32,000 bases of DNA, from the NCBI RefSeq assembly GCF_001481685.1, contig NZ_CP006867.1, positions 150,001-182,000 of the forward strand, written 5' to 3'. This stretch comes from Ignicoccus islandicus DSM 13165. GTDB taxonomy: Archaea; Thermoproteota; Thermoprotei_A; Sulfolobales; Ignicoccaceae. The notes under the pieces are model-generated. The model saw nothing but the letters and a program-made list of their open reading frames with translations, made no database searches and was not told the origin of the DNA. This document shows positions 8,567-16,064 of the stretch, one piece after another; position 1 is the stretch's first letter, and every line of letters begins with the position of its first letter. Position numbers and translations under genes: made by a program.

Positions 8567-9427
8567 TTGCGGGCTTGGTTAATCGCTGTTGCACTAAGCG
8601 CTCTACTGCTGGCTAAGTGCGTTGTTTTCCCTAAGGACTTAGGACTGAGCGTTCAAGAAGAGGAAGTACTTGAAGTGGGCTTACTGGCAAAAGTATACAT
8701 GACTAAGGTTAAGGCAAACGTTATACTTCTAACGCCCGATAACGAATACAGGTTTGAAATGAAGAAGTTAATAATGGACCACTTCAAGAAGGCCAGCGAG
8801 TTCCTTAATATAGCCAATAGAGACTTGGAAGCGGGCGTCCTAGACGAGGCGTTCATATACTATCTAGCTACCTTTAGGGAAGCTTACGTTAGTTACCATC
8901 TAATAGACTTAGCCAAGGCAAACGATCTGACCCAGTTGGCTAACAAGATAGAGAAAATAGGCGAAACTGTCTCTTCCTTAGCCTATACGTCCCTTAAAGT
9001 GGCCCTTAACCCAAGAAGCTGCGTTAACGTAACTAGAGTTGCATATGTATATAACTATTACACTTTTAAGGAAGTAGTTAACTTGCTTAACGATACCTTA
9101 AACAACATTCCAGGAGAATTCAATAAAGAGCTCGCACATAAAATTCAAACGATTTACGAAAAGGTTTCCAATTTGCTAGCGTATTCGTTGCTCCAATCTT
9201 ACATGCAAACGTGGAACCTCGACGATAAGGCCGTCTTGCCTAATAAGGAAGCGCCTTGCCTAAATGGAATAGGACCTCGAACCGATTGGCTCCCGAAGGC
9301 TTGCTACGTAGTGCAAAACCCTTCATCCGATGGCTCTATTAAATACCCTTGTCAGAAGGCGGTGGGGGCTCTGGCCTACTTACTAGGCGATCAACAAATG
9401 ATGAAAGTAATGTGTTCCCTAGGGTGA
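8567..9427 (+). CDS. Secreted or lipid-anchored helical protein of unknown function
   Basis: 286 aa starting at TTG, with signal peptide MRAWLIAVALSALLLAKC. It ends 4 nt before the next ATG. Confidence 0.5.
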   Translation: MRAWLIAVALSALLLAKCVVFPKDLGLSVQEEEVLEVGLLAKVYMTKVKANVILLTPDNEYRFEMKKLIMDHFKKASEFLNIANRDLEAGVLDEAFIYYLATFREAYVSYHLIDLAKANDLTQLANKIEKIGETVSSLAYTSLKVALNPRSCVNVTRVAYVYNYYTFKEVVNLLNDTLNNIPGEFNKELAHKIQTIYEKVSNLLAYSLLQSYMQTWNLDDKAVLPNKEAPCLNGIGPRTDWLPKACYVVQNPSSDGSIKYPCQKAVGALAYLLGDQQMMKVMCSLG

Positions 9428-9431
9428 TATA

Positions 9432-10352
9432 ATGGAGAGGAGGGACGTTATAGTTGTGGGAGCCGGGCCTGCGGGCCTCACGGCTGCGGCTACTCTGAAG
9501 CAATACGGAATAGAACCTTTAGTTCTAGAAGGGGAAAAGGTAATGGCAACGGTTTACTCATATGCATGGAAACCTGTAGAGAACTACCCGGGTTTCGATG
9601 GGAAGAAAGCAATAGAAATTGCTAGGGCTTTCGAGGAGATGGTCAATTACTTCGGGTTTGAAGTTAGGGAAGGTGAGAGGGTAATTAAGGCCTTTAAAGA
9701 AGGGGAGGAGATAGTAATTGAAAGCACTAAATTAACGTACGCAACGAAGGTATTGATTATCGCAATAGGAATACTTGGAAGGCCTAGGAGGATGGGTCTA
9801 CCAAACGAGGACTTACCGAACGTCCATTACATGGTAAAGGACCCAAAGGAGTTCTCTGGGACGAAGGTAGTAGTAGTTGGGGGAGGAGATACTGCAGTGG
9901 ATACAGCAACGGCGTTGGCTATGGAAGGAGCAGACGTAACTATAGTGCATAGAAGGGATCAGTTCAGAGCTCCCAAGAGGAGCGTCGATAAGATGATTAG
10001 CGCGGGCGTGAAGTTGGTGCTAAACAGCGTAGTGAAGGAAATAATAGCGGAAGGCGGCAAGGCTAAGGCTGTAAAGGTAGAGAACAAGGAAGGTCAGACT
10101 TTCGTGATACCGCTCGATCACTTGATTTTCCTCATTGGATACGAACCCCCGGACCTATCTTGGATAAAGGACTTAGGCGTCTTAATGAGAGGTAGAGAGA
10201 TAATAGTTGATGATAAAATGAAAACGAACGTCCAAGGAGTACTTGCGGCGGGAGACATAACGCCCGTCCCAAAGAGGATACTCGTGGCCTCGGCCCAAGG
10301 CTACATAGCCGCTTTAACTGCCTTTAGGTACTTAAAAACAGGGAAATGGTGA
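9432..10352 (+). CDS. FAD/NAD(P)-dependent oxidoreductase with thioredoxin-reductase fold, lacking the redox-active CxxC
   Basis: 306 aa. FAD motif VVGAGPAGLTAA, NAD(P) motif VVVVGGGDTAVDTA and C-terminal AAGD. The translation contains no cysteine at all. Confidence 0.8.
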   Translation: MERRDVIVVGAGPAGLTAAATLKQYGIEPLVLEGEKVMATVYSYAWKPVENYPGFDGKKAIEIARAFEEMVNYFGFEVREGERVIKAFKEGEEIVIESTKLTYATKVLIIAIGILGRPRRMGLPNEDLPNVHYMVKDPKEFSGTKVVVVGGGDTAVDTATALAMEGADVTIVHRRDQFRAPKRSVDKMISAGVKLVLNSVVKEIIAEGGKAKAVKVENKEGQTFVIPLDHLIFLIGYEPPDLSWIKDLGVLMRGREIIVDDKMKTNVQGVLAAGDITPVPKRILVASAQGYIAALTAFRYLKTGKW

Positions 10353-10355
10353 AAA

Positions 10356-10365
10356 CTTTTAAACC
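10356..10365 (+). promoter_or_regulatory. TATA box for initiator tRNA-Met
   Basis: CTTTTAAACC is centred near 10360. The predicted start near 10387 coincides with the first base of the GGCGGGG leader block. Confidence 0.45.
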
Positions 10366-10399
10366 GATATTCCGAAATGTTCTAACGGCGGGGTGACCT

Positions 10400-10476
10400 A
10401 GCGGGGTAGGGCAGCCTGGTAGCCCGCGGGGCTCATAACCCCGAGGTCGGTGGTTCAAATCCACCCCCCGCTACCA
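10400..10476 (+). tRNA. Initiator tRNA-Met (anticodon CAU), CCA encoded
   Basis: AGCGGGG-TA-GGGC-AGCCTGGTA-GCCC-G-CGGGG-CTCATAA-CCCCG-AGGTC-GGTGG-TTCAAAT-CCACC-CCCCGCT-A-CCA. The A1:U72 pair and three G:C pairs closing the anticodon stem are archaeal initiator signatures. Confidence 0.9.
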
Positions 10477-10556
10477 AGCGGGGCCCCGCCACCACTCCTT
10501 CTATCGAACGCTTCTAATACCCCTCTCTAAACACCTAATTCTTAGGTTCGAAAACC

Positions 10557-11342
10557 TTGGAACTGGGGCTCAAGGGGAAAAGGGTCCTCGTTACAGCCTC
10601 CACGAAAGGAATAGGATTTGCTATTGCTAAAACCTTCTTGAAGGAAGGAGCCCGGGTAGTGATAAGTTCTAGGAATCCCAAGAACGTGGAGAGCGCCTTA
10701 AGGGAACTCAAGAACTTAGGGGAAGTCTACGGCGTAGCTGCAGACGTCTCTTCTCCAACCCAAAGGGAAGAGCTCGTTCGAAGGGCGATCGAGGCGCTAG
10801 GCGGAATAGACGTATTCGTGTTCAATAGCGGGGGTCCGCCGACTAAGTCATTCATTGAGACTGAACTGGGCGATTGGGAAGCCTCCTATAGGCTCCTTCT
10901 CGAGAGCGCCGTTCACTTAACGAAGTTGATCTTACCTCAGATGGTTGAGAGGAAGTGGGGCAGAGTAGTCTACGTTACGAGCGTGGCAATAAAAATGCCC
11001 ATAGAAGGCTTGGTTCTATCTAACTCCGTTAGGATAGGGATAGCTGGCTTGGCTAAGACCTTGGTAAAGGAGTTTAAGGGAAGTGGAGTAACGTTTAATG
11101 TAGTGATGCCAGGATACACCTTAACTAAAAGGATGGAAGAAGTTTTGAGGAAGAGCGCCCAACTTCACGGAAGGACTTTCGAGGAAGAGCTACGGGAGCT
11201 GGAGTCGAAGATACCCATAGGTAGGATAGGGAAGCCCGAGGAAATAGCCAACGTTGTGGTCTTCTTAGCCTCCGAAGCCGCCTCTTACGTTAATGGCGAG
11301 GCGATAGCAGTGGATGGAGGCCTCGTACCAACGGTGTTCTGA
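10557..11342 (+). CDS. Short-chain dehydrogenase/reductase (FabG-like, atypical active site)
   Basis: 261 aa starting at TTG. Cofactor motif TASTKGIGFAIA, then VFNSGG. The region YVTSVAIKMPIEGLVLSNSVRIGIAGLAKTL has Ser and Arg where the canonical Tyr-x3-Lys is expected. Confidence 0.8.
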   Translation: MELGLKGKRVLVTASTKGIGFAIAKTFLKEGARVVISSRNPKNVESALRELKNLGEVYGVAADVSSPTQREELVRRAIEALGGIDVFVFNSGGPPTKSFIETELGDWEASYRLLLESAVHLTKLILPQMVERKWGRVVYVTSVAIKMPIEGLVLSNSVRIGIAGLAKTLVKEFKGSGVTFNVVMPGYTLTKRMEEVLRKSAQLHGRTFEEELRELESKIPIGRIGKPEEIANVVVFLASEAASYVNGEAIAVDGGLVPTVF

Positions 11343-11355
11343 ACGTATCACTTAA

Positions 11356-11784
11356 TTGAGTCTAACTAGACCTTTGGAGGAACTAGTTCAAGTATTGGGG
11401 GATTTGCTTAAGGTACCCAATGGGAGAAGGGTTATTAACGAAATTTTGGAGAACTACTTGAAGGAGCTATACGAGTACAATTCGAAATTACCTAAGGGCT
11501 TCGCAGTGAAACCCATACATTACGTTAAGTCGAAGGGTAAGAAATACGTTTACTTCGGAAGATATTTCTATAAATATGAAAGAGTTGGAGGCAAGGTTCG
11601 CTGGAAGTACGTTGGGAGGGAACCTCCCAAGGGTTATCCCCCGCCCCCCGTTAATCCCCTCGAAGGCATTAAGTTCGTAGTAGAGAAGGACTACCTACTA
11701 GTGGATGAGAGCGAGGTCGAAACCAACGAGATCCTCAGTGGAATACTAAAGAAGTACCTCAAAAACAAGAACGTAGGAATCTGA
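11356..11784 (+). CDS. Hypothetical protein with a Tyr/Lys-rich beta-hairpin-like motif
   Basis: 142 aa starting at TTG. The motif KYVYFGRYFYKYERVGGKVRWKYVGREPP is followed by a proline-rich stretch. It resembles, from memory only, a YxY..W...GK...KYxGK motif seen in small archaeal and mobile-element proteins. Confidence 0.45.
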   Translation: MSLTRPLEELVQVLGDLLKVPNGRRVINEILENYLKELYEYNSKLPKGFAVKPIHYVKSKGKKYVYFGRYFYKYERVGGKVRWKYVGREPPKGYPPPPVNPLEGIKFVVEKDYLLVDESEVETNEILSGILKKYLKNKNVGI

Positions 11785-11785
11785 A

Positions 11786-12082
11786 TTGAGAGCGGAGGAG
11801 CCGAACAAACTCGTTCTCTTGTTAATCAAAGAAACCGTTGAGGAACTTCTAGATATGGCGGAACCTGACGAGAAGCACGTCATAATGGAATTGGCATCGC
11901 TAATTGATGAAAAGGGCATTAAGCCTTCGAATTCGTTCGAAAAGAGAACGGTTGAAGCTTTGAGGGAGAGTATGGAAATGAGGAGGAGAGTAGCGGAAAA
12001 ACTCTACCCGATACTCAAGGACTTGATTCGCTCTGTTTATGAAGAATTAAGTACAAGAGACAGTTCAGCTTCGCAACAGTAG
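11786..12082 (+). CDS. Hypothetical small helical protein
   Basis: 98 aa; its TTG start is separated from the stop codon (ending 11784) of the previous ORF by a single nucleotide. Its 3' end overlaps the convergent nuclease gene by 68 nt. Confidence 0.4.
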   Translation: MRAEEPNKLVLLLIKETVEELLDMAEPDEKHVIMELASLIDEKGIKPSNSFEKRTVEALRESMEMRRRVAEKLYPILKDLIRSVYEELSTRDSSASQQ

Positions 12083-12620
12083 AATATAACCTCCAGTTAC
12101 CCCTTTTAGGCAACAAGCCCTTCGACTTGAGCTCCCTAACTATCTTAATTGCCTCCTCGTTCGGCTTCTCTAAATTAGCTATTTTGCAACATTCCTCGCA
12201 AGGGGCCAAGGAACCGAGTATTTCCGAAAAGAACGATTCCAAAACTTGGGATACTAGTTCAAACACTTCCTCCCTAGTGCTAACGTATATATCTTCGAAG
12301 AGCAAGTACTTAACTCCAAGTTCCTTTGCCATTAAGTAGGCCTCTTCGTTGCTCCAACCGGTGCCCATAACCATTGGAGTAGCGCCTATGACCTTCGCGT
12401 TAGCGTAGGCTTGCCTAACTGCGCTCACGTCTATTTTCCCCGACTTTACTTCCACCGCATACTTGCTGCAAGGAGCGTTAGCTAGCAAGTCGATCTCTGC
12501 AACTGTTCTATCGCCTATCTTAACTTCCTCATTAGTCGAAACGATCTCGAAGCCTATTCCTTCCAAGACGGCCCTGGCTAATTCCTCGCTTACCTTCCCC
12601 TTCTTCATTGCTCTCGTCAC
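12015..12620 (-). CDS. PD-(D/E)xK restriction-endonuclease-fold protein (Mrr/Hjc/RecB-like)
   Basis: 201 aa. VAEIDLLANAPCSKYAVEVKSGKIDVSAVRQ supplies D...E-x-K, followed by an Mrr_cat-like segment ATPMVMGTGWSNEEAYLMAKELGVKYLLFE. Confidence 0.6.
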   Translation of the reverse strand: MTRAMKKGKVSEELARAVLEGIGFEIVSTNEEVKIGDRTVAEIDLLANAPCSKYAVEVKSGKIDVSAVRQAYANAKVIGATPMVMGTGWSNEEAYLMAKELGVKYLLFEDIYVSTREEVFELVSQVLESFFSEILGSLAPCEECCKIANLEKPNEEAIKIVRELKSKGLLPKRGNWRLYSTVAKLNCLLYLILHKQSESSP

Positions 12621-12643
12621 TGTTAAGGGAGATTCGGAAAAAG

Positions 12644-12655
12644 AATAATATAAAG
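12644..12655 (+). promoter_or_regulatory. Candidate TATA box upstream of ileS
   Basis: AATAATATAAAG lies about 40 nt upstream of the ATG at 12690, in a 69-bp divergent intergenic region. Confidence 0.4.
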
Positions 12656-12689
12656 CGGGCTTCCAAAGAGGCGAAAGGGCAGAACCTCA

Positions 12690-15600
12690 ATGGAGGCTAA
12701 GTACGATCCAGTGAAAGTCGAAGAGGAAGTACTGAAGTTCTGGAAGGAAAACAAAATCTACGAGAAAGTTAAGGAAATAAGCAAGAAGAGGGGGAAGTCA
12801 AAACCGTTCAGGTTCTTAGAAGGTCCACCTACAGCCAACGGATTCATGCACGTAGGACACATGAGAGGGAGGACCTACAAGGACGTTACGCTCCGTTTCT
12901 GGAGGTTGAGGGGCTACTGGGTTTGGGACCAAGCTGGATGGGACACTCAAGGGCTACCCGTAGAGCTAGAGGTTGAGAAGAAGTACGGTTTCAAGAGCAA
13001 GAAGGACATAATTAAGTTCGGCGTAGATAAGTTCGTTCAAGAATGCCAGAAGCTAGTGGACTTCTACATCGATAAGTGGAGGAGAGATAGCGAGAGGATG
13101 GGCCTCTGGTTAGACTACGATAACGCATATCAGACTAGACATCCTAAGTACTTGGACGCGGCTTGGAGTTACTTGAAGAAGATGTACGATGAGGGTAGGA
13201 TCTACAAGGGCTTCAGGGTAGTGGCCGTTTGTCCTAGGTGCGAAACCGCCCTCTCCTCCCACGAAGTGGCTCAAGGTTACGAAACCGTTAGGGACCCCAG
13301 CTTCTACTTCAAGCTCCCCTTGAAGGGAGAAGAGAACGTTTACTTAATAGCTTGGACCACCACCCCTTGGACTATAATAGCTAACGAGGCGGCCGCCGTT
13401 CACCCAGAAGAGACTTACGTAAAAGTAAAGGTAAACTTCAATGGAAAAGAGGAATATTGGATATTAGCTGAGAAGAGGCTGGAGCCTGTCGCAAAGGAAG
13501 TGGGACTGAAGGAATACGAGCTCGTGGAGAAGTTCAAGGGAAGCGAGCTAATAGGGAAGGAGTACGTTCACCCGCTCTTGGAAGAGGTCCCGGCTCACAA
13601 GGAACACCAGAGGCCTAACCATACTGTAATAGAGGGAGCCTACGTTAGAGCTAGGAAGGTCGTTAACGGTAAGGAAGAAGTAATCAAGGAGATCTTCGTA
13701 ACTATGGATTCCGGTACTGGAATAGTTCACATGGCCCCGGCCCACGGTGCAGAGGACTTCGAAGCTTCGAAGGAAGCCGGTGTCAAGATGTTCAAACCCA
13801 TTAGAAAGGACGGTCACTTCACGGAAGAGGCCGGTAAGTACAGCGGAATGTGGTTTAAGGACGCCGAGAAAGAGGTCATGAAGGACCTCAAGAGGAAGGG
13901 CCTAGCTGTTCATATTGGAACTATAGAGCACGAGTACCCGCACTGTTGGAGGTGCGGAACGCCCCTCATGTACTACGCGGACGAGCAATGGTTCATTAAA
14001 GTGGAGGACTTGAGGGATTTAATGGTTAACGAGAACGACAAGGTCAAGTGGTATCCCAAATGGGCCTACGACAGAATGAGGGATTGGTTGCAGAACGCCA
14101 AGGACTGGACGATAAGTAGGGAAAGGTTCTGGGGAACTCCTCTCCCAATATGGACGTGTCCTAAATGCGGATACAGGAAGGCGTTCGGTAGCTTGGAAGA
14201 GGTCAAGAGGGAAGCGGTAAATCCCGAGAAGGTCGTAGACCATCACAGGCCTTGGATAGACGAGGTGAGAGTTAGATGCCCCAAGTGCGGGGCCGAAATG
14301 GTTAGGGAACCTTACGTGGTTGACGTTTGGTTGGACTCCGGCGTAGCGCACACGGCGGCCCTTCACCAGATAGGTAAGGACGATTACTGGAAACTGTTCT
14401 ATCCGTACGACTGGATAACCGAGGCCTTGGACCAAACGAGGGGATGGTTCTACACCCTATTGGCTACCGGAGTTACTTGGCACGGAAGAACTCCCTATAA
14501 GAGGGTCCTCACCCAAGGACACATCTTAGATAAAGACGGTAAGAAGATGAGCAAGAGCAAGGGTAACGTCGTATGGGCAGAGGAGGCCTTCAAGACTTAC
14601 GGGGCGGATCCGGTCAGGTTCTTCTTCGCAGTCAAGTCCGCTCCTTGGGAGTCCGTCAGGTTCGATCCGAAGGACATAAGGTTCTATAAGAGGACGCTGG
14701 ACGTCCTGTGGAACTCAGTCAGGTTCGCCAAGAGCTACATGGAGTTAGACAAGTGGGACCTAAGCAAGTTCGAGGAAGGCCTGAAGTACTTGGAACCTGA
14801 GGACCATTGGGTGTTACATCAGGTTAACCAATATTCCAAGAAGATAATAGAAGCCATGGAGGAGTCTTCGATACACAAGGCCGCTCAGGCGTGGAACGAG
14901 TTAGTGAACGAAGTACTGAGTCACAAGTACGTCACTCTGATAAGGCCGAGAGTTTGGGAAGAGGAAGAGAGCCCCAGCAAATTAGCGGCATATTCGACCT
15001 TGTACGCCGTCTTGGAGGCTACAATAGTGATGGGCTCGATATTCGTTCCGTTCCTCGCAGAGTACCTCTACCAAAACTTCTCTCGGAAGCTGGGAAGGGA
15101 AGAGGAGAGCGTCCACATGTTAACGTGGCCCGAGGAGTTTACGGTACAGAACGAGGAGATAGCTCAAGCAGTAGAAGAATTCTTGGAAGCTGGAGATAAA
15201 ATACTATCGCTTAGAATGGAGAGAGGGATCAAGAGGAGGTGGCCTCTACCGGAAGCAATAGTGGTACCGAAGAAGTTCGGCGAGAAGAGGCTCAAGAAGC
15301 TAGTGAAGAGGGAAAAGGGAGTTGAGGAAATGGAAGTTGAAGTACCAGTAATAAGCAGACCAGTAATAGAGGAAGCTTCTAAGGTACTCAAGGTATACGC
15401 CAACGTACTAGACGTAAGGCTAAGCGATGAGAGGCCCTCCGGCGATTACGACGTAATAGAGGAACCGGACTTCTGGGTTTACGTAAAGGTAAAGATGGAC
15501 GAAAAGGTGAAAGCCTTAGGCTTGGTTAGGGAAGTGATAAGGAGAATTCAAGTAATGAGGAAGGAGGAGAACTTGGAGCTGGATTACGTCTTAAGGAAAG

Positions 15601-15767
15601 TCGTAATATGGGCCCCAGAGGATCTCAAGGAGGCAGTGAGGGAATACAAAGATTACGTAGCTAGGGAAGTGAGAGCCGAGGAAATAGAGCTCGTAGACGA
15701 ACCCTTTGAGGGAGGCAAGAAGTGGGAAGTCGAAGGCAAAGAGTTAATAGTTAAGCTCGTCAAGTAA
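12690..15767 (+). CDS. ileS: Isoleucyl-tRNA synthetase
   Basis: 1025 aa. HIGH-type motif PPTANGFMHVGH, KMSKS motif KKMSKSKGN, WTTTPWTIIANEA, WTISRERFWGTPLPIW, and several CxxC zinc knuckles (CPRCETA, CWRCGTP, CPKCGYR, CPKCGAE). Confidence 0.95.
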   Translation: MEAKYDPVKVEEEVLKFWKENKIYEKVKEISKKRGKSKPFRFLEGPPTANGFMHVGHMRGRTYKDVTLRFWRLRGYWVWDQAGWDTQGLPVELEVEKKYGFKSKKDIIKFGVDKFVQECQKLVDFYIDKWRRDSERMGLWLDYDNAYQTRHPKYLDAAWSYLKKMYDEGRIYKGFRVVAVCPRCETALSSHEVAQGYETVRDPSFYFKLPLKGEENVYLIAWTTTPWTIIANEAAAVHPEETYVKVKVNFNGKEEYWILAEKRLEPVAKEVGLKEYELVEKFKGSELIGKEYVHPLLEEVPAHKEHQRPNHTVIEGAYVRARKVVNGKEEVIKEIFVTMDSGTGIVHMAPAHGAEDFEASKEAGVKMFKPIRKDGHFTEEAGKYSGMWFKDAEKEVMKDLKRKGLAVHIGTIEHEYPHCWRCGTPLMYYADEQWFIKVEDLRDLMVNENDKVKWYPKWAYDRMRDWLQNAKDWTISRERFWGTPLPIWTCPKCGYRKAFGSLEEVKREAVNPEKVVDHHRPWIDEVRVRCPKCGAEMVREPYVVDVWLDSGVAHTAALHQIGKDDYWKLFYPYDWITEALDQTRGWFYTLLATGVTWHGRTPYKRVLTQGHILDKDGKKMSKSKGNVVWAEEAFKTYGADPVRFFFAVKSAPWESVRFDPKDIRFYKRTLDVLWNSVRFAKSYMELDKWDLSKFEEGLKYLEPEDHWVLHQVNQYSKKIIEAMEESSIHKAAQAWNELVNEVLSHKYVTLIRPRVWEEEESPSKLAAYSTLYAVLEATIVMGSIFVPFLAEYLYQNFSRKLGREEESVHMLTWPEEFTVQNEEIAQAVEEFLEAGDKILSLRMERGIKRRWPLPEAIVVPKKFGEKRLKKLVKREKGVEEMEVEVPVISRPVIEEASKVLKVYANVLDVRLSDERPSGDYDVIEEPDFWVYVKVKMDEKVKALGLVREVIRRIQVMRKEENLELDYVLRKVVIWAPEDLKEAVREYKDYVAREVRAEEIELVDEPFEGGKKWEVEGKELIVKLVK

Positions 15768-16064
15768 CTCTCACGTATGGTTCCAATACGGTTTCAAATA
15801 AGATCGATTGAGCTCGTTCCTTCAATTTATTAATCGTTCATCCAACGGGAATAAGTTCGCAAGGAACTGCTCTATTGACCCTACCTTACCCTCAGTTCCA
15901 TTTTAGCTCATTGAAGCCCTCTTATCCTTTAAGGAACTCGAAAACGCTTCTTAACTTCTTACGCCGTCCCATATGCTATAGTCAATGTTGAAGAGTTTCT
16001 GGAAGAGGAGAGAACTCTTTACAATATTAATACTCTAGAAAGGTTCTTTTTTCGGAGACAAACT

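Noticed and set aside
2262-10476. Integrated element using one of the tRNA genes as an attachment site
   Set aside because: I looked for a second partial copy of any tRNA 3' half. The only shared stretch is the common T-arm (GGGATTTGAACCCGGGA) of tRNA-His and tRNA-Gly. I recognised no integrase or transposase ORF.
13548-15403. ORFs inside ileS (13548-13817, 14019-14435 and 15164-15403 on the minus strand; 14891-15199 in an alternative plus-strand frame)
   Set aside because: All lie within, or antisense to, a 1025-aa gene with unambiguous class I synthetase motifs. They have no independent motifs.
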